Assembly: GCA_965223705.1 (NCBI GenBank)
Contig: OZ245015.1
Span: forward strand, 3,360,001 to 3,424,000
Length of the DNA: 64,000 nt
DNA from: Myxococcota bacterium
Lineage (GTDB): Bacteria > Myxococcota_A > UBA9160 > UBA6930
Direction of reading: 5' to 3'
The notes beneath the pieces are model-generated. The model saw only the letters and a list, made by a program, of their open reading frames with translations. It did no database searches and was not told where the DNA came from. How positions within the stretch are numbered: the first letter of the stretch is position 1; each line of letters opens with the position of its first letter. Made by a program: the position numbers and the translations under genes. This document shows, in pieces, positions 1 through 9,201 of this stretch.

Positions 1-2
1 GA

Positions 3-32
3 TTGTCAAGATAATATCTATACAAATAGACA
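3..32. promoter_or_regulatory. AT-rich promoter/operator upstream of carH, possibly a CarH direct-repeat operator (cut by the window edge)
   Basis: TTGTCAAGATAATATCTATACAAATAGACA. TnnACA-like hexamers lie 11 bp apart (plus strand AAGATA/TATACA, minus strand TAGATA/TTGACA). ATCTATAC recurs at 992-999, upstream of the next gene. Confidence 0.35.
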
Positions 33-86
33 GGGCCGCGGCAAACCGAGAAAGCGACAGGTCGACGCCGGCCAACAGTTCTTAGA

Positions 87-986
87 ATGGATGGGATGGA
101 GTCTTCTGACGTCGTAGCTACGACCCACTCGCTCGGAGAGGTGGTCCGCGCCACCGGGCTTTCGGCAGAGCTGTTGCGCGCGTGGGAGCGCCGCTACGGG
201 GCCATTGAACCGATGCGCAGTCCGGGCGGCACCCGGCGCTACCGAGATTCGGACGTCGCGCGGCTCCGCCTGTTGAAATCCGCGGTGGACGCAGGCCGCC
301 GCATCAGTGAGGTGGCCGGTCTAAGCGACGACGAGCTGATCCGCGGGGTCGCCGAGCAGCGCGGAGGACTGCCGGGACAACTCGGACCAGCGTTCGAAGC
401 GATCCGGGACGTCGACGCCGCCGCGCTTCGACGCATCGCCGAGGCGGAGCTCGCTCGTCTCGGCGCCCCTGTATTCGTTCAAGAATTCGCTCTCCCTTTG
501 CTGCAGCGCGTGGGCGACGGCTGGGCGGCGCAACAGTGCTCGATCGCCGGCGAACACCTGGCGAGTTCGCTCCTCCGCAGCATGCTCGGCACCGCCCTCC
601 TTACGCCGAACGCCGACGCGAATGCGCCACACGTCGTGTTTGCTACGCCAGAAGGCGAACATCACGAGCTCGGAACGCTCTCCGCCGCGGTCGTCGGCGT
701 GTCGCTGGGCTTGCGAGCGACCTACCTGGGTGCGGACCTTCCCGCCGCGGATTTGGCGCGAACCGTTTCGGACACGCGCGCGCAGGCGTTGGCGATGGGG
801 ATCGCCCATCAGCGAGCCGAGCGAACGCAGCGCTTCCTCGCTGAGCTCGACGAGCGGCTCGCCCCCGGAGTCGAGATCTGGATCGGCGGGCCCCGCTGTC
901 GCGACCTCGCGGGCGGGCGGACCCACGCGATTCCAAGTTTCGAGGCGCTCGAGCATCGCGTGGGTTCGTTGCGGGTAGGGCCTTAG
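87..986 (+). CDS. carH: MerR-family adenosylcobalamin-dependent photoreceptor/repressor (CarH/LitR)
   Basis: N-terminal MerR HTH with RAWERRYG, W-x9-EH motif (WAAQQCSIAGEH), and B12-binding ExHxxG (EHHELG) followed by YLGADLP. Confidence 0.85.
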   Translation: MDGMESSDVVATTHSLGEVVRATGLSAELLRAWERRYGAIEPMRSPGGTRRYRDSDVARLRLLKSAVDAGRRISEVAGLSDDELIRGVAEQRGGLPGQLGPAFEAIRDVDAAALRRIAEAELARLGAPVFVQEFALPLLQRVGDGWAAQQCSIAGEHLASSLLRSMLGTALLTPNADANAPHVVFATPEGEHHELGTLSAAVVGVSLGLRATYLGADLPAADLARTVSDTRAQALAMGIAHQRAERTQRFLAELDERLAPGVEIWIGGPRCRDLAGGRTHAIPSFEALEHRVGSLRVGP

Positions 987-1041
987 AAATGATCTATACG
1001 ATGGAGCATGGTCCCACGATGACCCCAAGTGCGCGGTCCGA

Positions 1042-1911
1042 ATGACCCGGGCCGATTCGCAAGCCCTGATCGCAATTCCGGCAGTTCTAGCGGTCGGGGC
1101 GGTGGTCTGCTGGTTCGGCGCGGCGGGCGGGAAGCAGGTCGGCGCCTTCCCCGTGTTCGCCATCGGCGGCGTCCTCGCGTTCGGCATCAACGCGGCCGCT
1201 TTCATTCCCGCCTATCGGAGCCAAACGGAACACTACTACGACCTGGCAGGAAGTCTCACGTACATCGCGGTCACGGGTACCGGGCTTTTTCTCGGCGCCC
1301 TCGACGCCCGTGCGGTCTTGCTCGCCGTTCTCGTCGCGATCTGGGCGGCACGCCTCGGATCGTTCCTTTTCGTCCGAATTCGAAGTGTCGGAAAGGACGG
1401 GCGTTTCGACGAGATCAAGCCGAGCGCTTCTCGCTTCCTGTTGGCCTGGCTTCTCCAGGGACTCTGGGTCTTGCTGACGCTCGCTTGTGCACTGGCTGCC
1501 ATGACGTCCAAGGCCCCTGCGCCTCTCGGTTCGCTTGCCTTACTGGGAACTCTGGTGTGGCTCGCGGGTTTTGCGATCGAAGTCACCGCCGATTACCAGA
1601 AGAGCCGCTTCCGTCGAAACCCGGCGAACCGAGGGCGTTTCATCGACACGGGGCTGTGGGCTTGGTCGCGACACCCGAACTATTTCGGCGAGATTGTGCT
1701 GTGGACCGGAATCGCGCTGATCGCGCTTCCGGCACTACAGGGGTTTCAGCACTTGACGCTGATCTCTCCGCTGTTCGTCTACCTCCTCCTCACGAGAGTG
1801 AGCGGCGTCCCACTACTCGAATCGCGCGCGTTGGAACGGTGGGGGGACTGCGACGAGTACCGCGCGTACCAGGAGCGCACTCCCGTTCTCTTCCCGCGCC
1901 CTCCGCGGTGA
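1042..1911 (+). CDS. DUF1295 / steroid 5-alpha-reductase-like membrane protein
   Basis: Multiple TM segments with GKDGRF, ADYQK, GLWAWSRHPNYFGE and SGVPLLE motifs. Confidence 0.85.
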   Translation: MTRADSQALIAIPAVLAVGAVVCWFGAAGGKQVGAFPVFAIGGVLAFGINAAAFIPAYRSQTEHYYDLAGSLTYIAVTGTGLFLGALDARAVLLAVLVAIWAARLGSFLFVRIRSVGKDGRFDEIKPSASRFLLAWLLQGLWVLLTLACALAAMTSKAPAPLGSLALLGTLVWLAGFAIEVTADYQKSRFRRNPANRGRFIDTGLWAWSRHPNYFGEIVLWTGIALIALPALQGFQHLTLISPLFVYLLLTRVSGVPLLESRALERWGDCDEYRAYQERTPVLFPRPPR

Positions 1912-1919
1912 CGCGAAGC

Positions 1920-2717
1920 TCACGCCACTTCGGCGATGGCTCCGTCTGCGATGAAGCCCGCAATGAGTTTGCTCAGTTCGTCGGGACGATCGAGATCCGC
2001 CGCGTGTCCGGCCTCGGGAAGCGTCGTCAAGATCGAGCCCTCGATGGCCTCTCGCCAGGCGTCTCCGTAGGGCGACGGAACAACCACGTCTTCACTCGCG
2101 CTCACGACGAGGGTTGCGGCCTTGACGCGCGGCAGTCTTCGGCGAACTCCCGTGTCGGGTATCGGCCACAAGAACTTGGCAGCGGAACGCAAGCTCAAGA
2201 GTTCTTCGACATGCGCATCCATCCGATCCCGTCCCTTCAATAAATGCTTCTCCCGGCCGTCCGCTTCTGCGAACAGCGGCCGCGAAGGCCAGCCCGGATG
2301 TTGCGCAAAGGGATCTTCGCCCCCGACATCGTCGAGCCATAAACCGAGAGGGTTGGTCAGAACGAGCTTTCCCACCCGGCTCGGCGCGATCGCCGCGAGT
2401 TCCGCTGCCATCCATCCCCCGATCCCGATTCCCACGACGTGGGCGGAATCGAGGCCAAAGGCGTCGAGAAGATCGATGTGGTGGAGCGTCAGATCCAAAG
2501 GACCCTCGTCAAAGTCGGAAAGCTGATCTTTGGCGGGGCCCCAACCGGGTGCACATGGAGCGAGGACTTCGAAATGCTCGGCGAGGCGAGCGAGGATGGG
2601 TTCGCAGCCCGTCAGACCGAGCAACCCGTGAAGGTAGAGCAGCGGTTCGCCGGCGCCGGCTCGATGGAAGAAAACCTCGCGGGCCGCGGGTCCGACCTGG
2701 GTTGTTTCGAGCCTCAT
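1920..2717 (-). CDS. Alpha/beta-hydrolase fold protein coupled to the LLM gene
   Basis: LHG...PGWG motif and GHAA. The nucleophile elbow reads GIGIGG, without the canonical Ser. The ATG overlaps the upstream stop (ATGA). Confidence 0.75.
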   Translation of the reverse strand: MRLETTQVGPAAREVFFHRAGAGEPLLYLHGLLGLTGCEPILARLAEHFEVLAPCAPGWGPAKDQLSDFDEGPLDLTLHHIDLLDAFGLDSAHVVGIGIGGWMAAELAAIAPSRVGKLVLTNPLGLWLDDVGGEDPFAQHPGWPSRPLFAEADGREKHLLKGRDRMDAHVEELLSLRSAAKFLWPIPDTGVRRRLPRVKAATLVVSASEDVVVPSPYGDAWREAIEGSILTTLPEAGHAADLDRPDELSKLIAGFIADGAIAEVA

Positions 2718-3985
2718 CGCTGTGCCCCCGTAGAACCGAATGCGTTCGGCCCGGGAGCGACGGCCCGTGGCACGGCCCGATCCTCTGCGGGCATCGGATT
2801 CGGGCTCCATCGGTCCTCGTAGTCGCTCCAAAGCCCCTTCATTTGCGGAACGATCTTCTCGGCGAACATTCGAGTGGAGTACTGGCAAAGATCATTCGGC
2901 ATGTCACCGAAGTGCAGTAGGCACACCAAATGGCCGATCTGTAGGGACGTCGCGAGCTTGTGGATCTGTTCTGCCACGTTTTCCGGGCTACCGGCGATGA
3001 TGTAGCCCCGCTCGATCATTTCCTCCCAAGACAAGGCCGCCGCCTGGTTCAGCGCCGACGATTGGCCGGCCATCTGTGATGCGAGACCTGCGCGTATGGT
3101 CGGCTCGGTGCGATAGCCCGGCGCATCTGCGAACCCGGGATGGACGTGGAGACATCGCGAGAAGAAATAGCGCGCGTGACTCTCGTAGAGGCGTTTCGCT
3201 TCGGCGTCGCTGTCGGCGATGCAGATTTGTTGGGCGAACGTGGCTTGGTACGGGTTGAAGTCCTTTCCGAGCGCTTCCATGCGATCCCAGAAGCCCTGCA
3301 TCAGTTGGGCGCCTCGCACGTAGCCCGAGAACGACAAGTAGCTGTAGTTGTAATCATTCTCGGCGCAGAAATCCCAGGTCTCGAGCGATCCTCCGCCGGG
3401 AATCCAAATCGGTGGCGGTGTCTGGATGGGTCGCGGCCACAGGTTGACGTAGCGGAGCTTGTAGTACTTGCCGTTCCAAGCGAAGACGTCGGGGTCTTTC
3501 CAGGCTTTGCGGACGAGATCGTGCGCTTCGTGGTATTTCTCGCGCAGGGTCGCCGGATTGACACCACACGCGTAGTTGTCATCCATCGAGCTTCCAACGG
3601 GGAATCCGGCGATCAGCCGGCCGCCTGACATGCAATCGATCATCGCCATTTCTTCGGCGACCCGTGTCGGGGGATCGTAGAGCGCGAGCGACTGGCCCAG
3701 GAGGAGAATCGCCGCCCGGTGGGTACGCCGCGCGAGGGTCGCCGCCATCAACTGGGGAGAGGGCATCAACCCGTAGGCGTTCTGGTGGTGCTCGTTGATG
3801 CCGAGCCCGTCGTAGCCCACTTCTTCCGCCAACTCGAGCAGATCGAGGTAGTCGTTGTAGACCTTGTTCGCCTTCACCGGGTCGAACAATCGGGAATCGA
3901 CGTCGACCCAGACGCTGCGGTGCGCCTCCGTAAAGTCGTCGGGCAAGTACGGCCACGGCATGAGGTTGAACCAATGAAATTTCAT
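2714..3985 (-). CDS. LLM-class flavin-dependent oxidoreductase (luciferase-like monooxygenase)
   Basis: GYDGLGINEHHQ, RVAEEMAMIDCMSGGRL and PRPIQTPPPIW. Start taken at MKFHWF. Confidence 0.9.
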   Translation of the reverse strand: MKFHWFNLMPWPYLPDDFTEAHRSVWVDVDSRLFDPVKANKVYNDYLDLLELAEEVGYDGLGINEHHQNAYGLMPSPQLMAATLARRTHRAAILLLGQSLALYDPPTRVAEEMAMIDCMSGGRLIAGFPVGSSMDDNYACGVNPATLREKYHEAHDLVRKAWKDPDVFAWNGKYYKLRYVNLWPRPIQTPPPIWIPGGGSLETWDFCAENDYNYSYLSFSGYVRGAQLMQGFWDRMEALGKDFNPYQATFAQQICIADSDAEAKRLYESHARYFFSRCLHVHPGFADAPGYRTEPTIRAGLASQMAGQSSALNQAAALSWEEMIERGYIIAGSPENVAEQIHKLATSLQIGHLVCLLHFGDMPNDLCQYSTRMFAEKIVPQMKGLWSDYEDRWSPNPMPAEDRAVPRAVAPGPNAFGSTGAQR

Positions 3986-4060
3986 CTGACGACTCCGTAG
4001 TTTTCGGGGTGACGCACGCCCGGTCCGACCGGCACTATCGCCGCAAACGTGATCGGCACC

Positions 4061-4109
4061 TATGACGCCGCTCATATCCCCGCCCGAAGCCTATGACCCA
4101 CGTCATAGG
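4061..4109. promoter_or_regulatory. Tandem palindromic operator pair TATGAC-N4-GTCATA
   Basis: Perfect CCTATGAC-CCAC-GTCATAGG at 4090-4109 and an imperfect TATGAC-GCCG-CTCATA at 4061-4076. The sites are 31 bp apart in the divergent intergenic region. Confidence 0.6.
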
Positions 4110-4170
4110 GGGCTCGAACGACGACGACTACCCTAGCAGCGACGTAGGCCACCACAATTGGAGGACTCCC

Positions 4171-5031
4171 ATGGCGATGGTCGTCGAACACTTCTTTCAC
4201 GAACCCACCTGGACGCTCTCCTACCTCGTGTACGACTCGATCGAACGCGTCGGGGTCGTGATCGACTCGGTTCGCGACTTCGATTGGAAGAGCGGACGAA
4301 CGGCCTTCGACGCCTGCGAACGAATCGCAGCGAAGATCGACGCCGAGCGACTCGAGATCCCCTTCGTCCTCGATACCCATGCCCACGCCGATCACCTGAG
4401 TGGGTTGCCGTTCTTCAAAGAGCGCTATGGCGCGCGGACCTGCATCGGCCGCGGGGTCACAGGAGTTCAGCGGACCTTTCGCGAGCTTTTCAACTTGGGG
4501 GATGACTTTGCGGTCGATGGCGGCCAGTTCGATCGCCTTTTGGACGATGGCGATGAACTGCCGTTCGGTTCGCTGCAGATCCGGGTCCTCGCGACCCCGG
4601 GACACACACCGGCTTGTGTCACGTATCAGATCGGCGACGCGCTCTTCGTAGGAGACACGTTGTTTGCGCCCGACTCGGGTACGGCCCGCTGCGACTTCCC
4701 CGCCGGCTCCGCCGAGACACTGTTCGATTCGATCACACGGCTTTACGAGCTTCCCCCAAAGACACGCGTCTTTTTATGTCACGACTACCAACCAGAAGGG
4801 CGCGTTCTCCAAGTGGAGAGCTCGATCGGCGAGCAGCGCCGCTCAAACGTCGCGCTGAATGGCGAGACGACCCGAGAACAGTTCACTGCGGCTCGGAAGA
4901 AACGCGATGCCAGCCTCGAGGTTCCGAACCTCATCCTACCCTCGATTCAGGTCAATATCCGGGCTGGAGAACTTCCCCCACCCGACGACAACGGGGTCTC
5001 GTACCTCCGCTTCCCGCTAAACTCGTTGTGA
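4171..5031 (+). CDS. MBL-fold persulfide dioxygenase-like protein (Blh/ETHE1 family)
   Basis: THAHADHLS, TPGHTPAC, GTARCDFP, CHDY and SIQVNIRAG motifs. GGAGGA RBS before ATG 4171. Confidence 0.85.
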   Translation: MAMVVEHFFHEPTWTLSYLVYDSIERVGVVIDSVRDFDWKSGRTAFDACERIAAKIDAERLEIPFVLDTHAHADHLSGLPFFKERYGARTCIGRGVTGVQRTFRELFNLGDDFAVDGGQFDRLLDDGDELPFGSLQIRVLATPGHTPACVTYQIGDALFVGDTLFAPDSGTARCDFPAGSAETLFDSITRLYELPPKTRVFLCHDYQPEGRVLQVESSIGEQRRSNVALNGETTREQFTAARKKRDASLEVPNLILPSIQVNIRAGELPPPDDNGVSYLRFPLNSL

Positions 5032-5061
5032 GGGGTGAGTTAGCGAAAAGGAACTCGCAAA

Positions 5062-5565
5062 ATGGATGCGGACCACAAGAAACAGGCCTTGCGCATGATT
5101 CCCTATGGGCTGTACGTCCTGACGGGCGCCTCTGCCGATGGTCAGGTCGCCGCCGCGACGGTGAACTGGGTAACGCAGGCGTCGTTTGAACCGCCGCTTG
5201 TCGCCGTCGGCGTGAAGACCGATTCGGGAGCCCATTCGATCATCAAGGAGTCGAAGAGCTTTGCCCTGAACGTCATCAGCAAAGGCCAAGAATCGATGGC
5301 TTTCTCGTTCTTCAAGCCCGCGGAGCGCGAAGGTGACACGATCGCCGGGGAACCCTTCTCCGCAGGGGCGACCGGCGCGCCCATTCTTTCGAATGCCCGC
5401 GCTTTCCTCGAGTGCCGATTGTCTGAAACCGTCGAAATTGGCGATCACTCTCTCTTCGTGGGAGAAGTCGTCGATGCCGGGCTGTCGAAGCCCATCGACG
5501 GACGCCCCGACGACGTAACCCTGGCGCTTCGCGATCTAGGCGAAAAGACCTTCTACGGCGGGTAG
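5062..5565 (+). CDS. Flavin reductase family protein
   Basis: IPYGLYVLT, WVTQASFEPPLV and GDHSLFVGEV. Confidence 0.9.
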   Translation: MDADHKKQALRMIPYGLYVLTGASADGQVAAATVNWVTQASFEPPLVAVGVKTDSGAHSIIKESKSFALNVISKGQESMAFSFFKPAEREGDTIAGEPFSAGATGAPILSNARAFLECRLSETVEIGDHSLFVGEVVDAGLSKPIDGRPDDVTLALRDLGEKTFYGG

Positions 5566-5573
5566 CCGGGCGA

Positions 5574-5668
5574 CACAGTCTTGTGAGACCGCGCGTCCGG
5601 CGTAAGCCACGCGCGCGATGTCTCACCGCTGTGGCGTGAAGTCCCGGTTCCGCCCGCTCCCGGACTTC
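5574..5668. other. Intergenic structured element: long interrupted hairpin with GNRA tetraloop plus a second hairpin
   Basis: Pairs CACAG/CTGTG, GTGAGAC/GTCTCAC, CGCGCGT/ACGCGCG and GGC-GTAA-GCC span 5574-5633. GAAGTCC/GGACTTC spans 5638-5668. Confidence 0.45.
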
Positions 5669-5705
5669 TGGAGCCTCCTCGCGCCGAAAAGAAACCTTCA
5701 ATGCC

Positions 5706-5721
5706 CGGCACACATTTTGCT
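5706..5721 (+). promoter_or_regulatory. Sigma-54 (-24/-12) promoter
   Basis: CGGCAC-ACATT-TTGCT matches the YTGGCAC-N5-TTGC consensus, about 40 nt upstream of GGAGG-GTG. Confidence 0.65.
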
Positions 5722-5759
5722 GCCTTTTCGAGCAACGTACGTCGTCATTGGAGGAGCGC

Positions 5760-6722
5760 GTGTCTGCGGGTTCGATCGTATTTGTTTCGTTCTTGATGGT
5801 TCTCCACGGGGCAGCCGCTGCTGCCGCCGATGATTGCCCGACTTGGTTTCCCGATCTCCGTTGCGAACGCGAAGCTCGTTGGGAGGGATTCCGCAAACCG
5901 ATTGTTGCCCCGTATCTGTTTGAGGATCCTTTCGTTACGACAGGGGCATCGCTCTACTACATCCACCACGACTTTCCGGATCGGTCGGCTTTGGGCGGGG
6001 GCGAAGCTCACGTCGCAGCCCTCCAACTGCGCTTGGCGCTTACGGAAAGGCTGGGCTTCGTCGCCACCAAGGATGGATACGTATGGCTCCGCCCCGAACT
6101 CCCGCTACTGGACGACGAAGAGGGCTGGATGAACCTCGGTGCCGGGCTCAAATACATCCTCTGGGAAGATCGAGAGCGCCCGCTGATGTTCTCGGGCATC
6201 GCCCGTGTCGAGATCGATTCCGGAAGCTCCGACGTGCTGCAGGGTCAGGGCAGCGGCGTCGGCCTCTTTTCGGTTTCGAGCGCATGGGGCCCGGGCTCCT
6301 TTAGCGTGATGGGAGATCTCGGGCTGCAGCTCGCCTTTTCCGGCAAACAGAGCAGCTCGGTCTTCTACCACCTCTACGCGGGCTACGCGCTCGCGAAGAA
6401 GATCACGCCTTTCGTGCAGGTTTCGGGTCTTCGCTGGTTCAACGACGGAGACGGATCGCTACCGGTCGACCTGAATATCGGGGTCACCCTCCCCATCGAA
6501 ACCGTCACGTCCGTGCTCGGCGTCGAGCGCTTCGAGGGAGCCGATGTCCTCAACCTCGGCTCGAACGGAGTGGACAATCTCGATCTCATCACGGTGGCGG
6601 GCGGTGTGCACTTCGCCCTGACCGATCGGTTGACGCTCAGCCTCGCGTACGAGCGACCGGTGACCGAGCCAAAGGGGATCTTCAAGCAGCGCTTTACGAG
6701 CAACCTCACCGTCGAGTTCTGA
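5760..6722 (+). CDS. Secreted protein, probable outer-membrane beta-barrel of unknown function
   Basis: Signal peptide ending AAAAAA, alternating amphipathic strands, and terminal Phe (LTVEF). GGAGGAG RBS before GTG 5760. Confidence 0.65.
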   Translation: MSAGSIVFVSFLMVLHGAAAAAADDCPTWFPDLRCEREARWEGFRKPIVAPYLFEDPFVTTGASLYYIHHDFPDRSALGGGEAHVAALQLRLALTERLGFVATKDGYVWLRPELPLLDDEEGWMNLGAGLKYILWEDRERPLMFSGIARVEIDSGSSDVLQGQGSGVGLFSVSSAWGPGSFSVMGDLGLQLAFSGKQSSSVFYHLYAGYALAKKITPFVQVSGLRWFNDGDGSLPVDLNIGVTLPIETVTSVLGVERFEGADVLNLGSNGVDNLDLITVAGGVHFALTDRLTLSLAYERPVTEPKGIFKQRFTSNLTVEF

Positions 6723-6749
6723 CCGCGAGCGCTTGGCGCCGGAACTTTC

Positions 6750-7910
6750 CTAACGAAGCGCGCGGAATGACTCGCGAATGTCCGCAACGAGCGCTTCGGG
6801 CTCTTCCATCGGTGCGAAATGCCCGCCCGACGGCATGGGCGTCCAGCGCTTTAGATTGTAGTACGACTCCGCCCATCGTTTCGGCAGGAGCACGACTTCG
6901 CCGGGGAAGACGGCAACGGAAGTCGGAGCTTTGACGACGGGGGTCTCGGTGTGGCTCGGTTGCCAGGGGTTGTGCACGCATTCGTAGTAGTAGCGCGCGG
7001 AGGTTCCATAGGTTTGGGTCACCCAGTAGAGGGTCATCGTGGTGCACAGGTGATCCCGTGTGAAGCGGCTGTAGACGTCACCCCCCGAGTCGCTCCACGC
7101 GCGGCGCTTTTCGAGGATCCAAGAGCAGAGGCCGGCGGGCGAGTCGTTCAAGGCGTGCGCCAAGGTCTGGGGGCGCGTCATCTGGATCGCGGAGTAGCCG
7201 CTACCGTCGACGAAGAAGCTCTGATTTCTCTCGATGAGATGCTTCTCGTCGTCGCCGTATAGACTCTCGTCCGGCAATTCCCCCAGGAAAAGGTCGAGGG
7301 GCGCCACCAGGTTCAGGTGGATTCCGATCAAGTGCTCGGCGTATTTGTGACCGAGCTGGGTGGTCACCAGCGCCCCCCAATCTCCACCCTGGGCGGCGTA
7401 ACGCTCATACCCGAGCTCGTCCCGCATCAGTTGGTCCCAGAGATCGGCGGTCCGCCAGAAGTTGATCCCCGTGCTCTCGAGTGGGCTCGAGAAGCCGTAA
7501 CCCGGAAGAGAGGGAACGATGACGTCGAACGCGTCGGCGGGATCTCCGCCAAAGGCCGCTGGATCGCTCAGAGGCCGGATCACTTGATGGAAGTCCCAGA
7601 ACGTCCACGGCCAGCCGTGGCTCAGAATCAGCGGGATGGGCGCCGGCCCCCGCCCCGGTTCGCGGATGTAGTGGATCGGTATGCCTTCGACGCGGGTACG
7701 GAAGTGCTGATACTCATTCATCGCCTGTTCTTGCCGACGCCAGTCGAAATCCCGAGCCCAATAGTCGCAAAGCTCGCGCAGTGCCGTATCGGGTGTCCCG
7801 TAGACCCAATCGCTGTTCGCAAAGTCGGGTGCCAGCCGCGCGCGGTCGAGACGAGCACGCAGGTCAGCGAGCTCTTCCTCCGCGATGTCGATGACAAATC
7901 GTTCGGACAC
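6750..7910 (-). CDS. Epoxide hydrolase (microsomal-type, EHN N-terminus)
   Basis: FDWRRQE, HGWP, SLPGYGFS, QGGDWG and GGHFAPME. Confidence 0.92.
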   Translation of the reverse strand: MSERFVIDIAEEELADLRARLDRARLAPDFANSDWVYGTPDTALRELCDYWARDFDWRRQEQAMNEYQHFRTRVEGIPIHYIREPGRGPAPIPLILSHGWPWTFWDFHQVIRPLSDPAAFGGDPADAFDVIVPSLPGYGFSSPLESTGINFWRTADLWDQLMRDELGYERYAAQGGDWGALVTTQLGHKYAEHLIGIHLNLVAPLDLFLGELPDESLYGDDEKHLIERNQSFFVDGSGYSAIQMTRPQTLAHALNDSPAGLCSWILEKRRAWSDSGGDVYSRFTRDHLCTTMTLYWVTQTYGTSARYYYECVHNPWQPSHTETPVVKAPTSVAVFPGEVVLLPKRWAESYYNLKRWTPMPSGGHFAPMEEPEALVADIRESFRALR

Positions 7911-7920
7911 TTCCGGAACC

Positions 7921-9126
7921 TCAGCCGTCGGTCATAGCCGCGAGCACGAGCGTCGCCATCACCCCGATCCGCTCGAAGTGGTAGCTGTCTTCCATGAGCC
8001 CAGTGGAGAGGAAGGCCAAGGTGAGCTCCCGCTCCGGATCTACCGTAAAGCCCGTCGACCCGGCGCCGAAACCGCCGTACGTGCGGGGCGAGTTCATCAC
8101 GCTGAAGAGTCCGGGAATGTTCCCCTCCCCTCGCATGAAGAACCCGACTCCGATATTGGCGGGATAGAACAACCAGTTCCGCGTGCCGGTCCACATGTCG
8201 AAGAGGATGTTTCGACCGTCGCCCGAGTGATTGTGCGTGCAGAAGTCGATCATTCCGGGGGACAGAATCCGGTGTCCGTCGATTTCTCCGCCGCGGCGCA
8301 AGGCTTCCGCGAAGCGATGGACGTCGCGAACGGTCGTGATGCAGCCGCCGCCCGGAATTTCGCAGCCCGGCGTGGCGAGCAGCTCGCCGATCCCCTCCAC
8401 AGCTTCCGGCGGCAGCAGAGCGGGGATGTCCTTGTAAGCGACCTTCACCGGGCAAAGCCGCGACATCAGGTCTTCGCGCGCGCCGAGGCTGGTATCGGCC
8501 ATGCCGAGGGGTCGGAAGAGATCTTCGGCGATCATCTGGCCGTAGCTGCGGCCTCTTCCGTCGACGCGCAAACAGAGCGCCGCGATGATCGAATGACCGA
8601 GAAGAATGGAGTAGTTGACCCGCTCCCCGGGCTGAGACTCGAGCGGAAGTCCGCAGGCGTACTCCACCAAACTCTCGATGTTGGTCAAGACGTCGGGTGT
8701 CACCGGGGGGATCGCGGACATCACACCACTGGTGTGGGTGAGCAGGTGATAGAGATTCACCTTCTCCTTGCCCAAGGTCGCGAACTCGGGAATGAGCTCG
8801 GCAACCGGGGCGTGGAGCTTGAGCAGTCCGCGCTCCACGAGCGACAAAGCCAGAACGTTCGTGAATTGCTTCGCCACGGACATCGTCGCGAATACGGAAT
8901 CCGCTTCGAGCGGTCGCCCCGCGGCGCGATCGGCAAAGCCTTCTGTCAAGTTCAGGACGACTTCGCCCCGGCGGGCGACCATCATGTTCACGCCGTGGCA
9001 GCGGCCTTTTTCGATGTCCTCGCGGACCCGATCGCCAACGCGATCGAGGCGCGCGGGGTCGAAGCCGAGACGTCGAATCGTGTCTTCTGAAACTGCGTTT
9101 CCGGTTGCCGCGAGCGTGGCTGCCAT
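7921..9126 (-). CDS. Serine hydrolase, beta-lactamase/esterase family
   Basis: SxxK (SVAK), LLTHTSG and PGERVNYS. GGAGGAG RBS before MAATL. Confidence 0.88.
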   Translation of the reverse strand: MAATLAATGNAVSEDTIRRLGFDPARLDRVGDRVREDIEKGRCHGVNMMVARRGEVVLNLTEGFADRAAGRPLEADSVFATMSVAKQFTNVLALSLVERGLLKLHAPVAELIPEFATLGKEKVNLYHLLTHTSGVMSAIPPVTPDVLTNIESLVEYACGLPLESQPGERVNYSILLGHSIIAALCLRVDGRGRSYGQMIAEDLFRPLGMADTSLGAREDLMSRLCPVKVAYKDIPALLPPEAVEGIGELLATPGCEIPGGGCITTVRDVHRFAEALRRGGEIDGHRILSPGMIDFCTHNHSGDGRNILFDMWTGTRNWLFYPANIGVGFFMRGEGNIPGLFSVMNSPRTYGGFGAGSTGFTVDPERELTLAFLSTGLMEDSYHFERIGVMATLVLAAMTDG

Positions 9127-9201
9127 GCTGTTCTCCTCCTGGGGAAAAAATATAATACTCTTGATCACAAATTCGCAGTCACGATCCGAGGAGGTCGCAG
9201 T

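Noticed and set aside
7885..9090. Long antisense or alternate-frame ORFs (e.g. 7885-9090, 1029-2243, 22418-23929, 44717-45982)
   Set aside because: They are shadow ORFs of high-GC genes, with no motifs, and they overlap well-supported CDSs.
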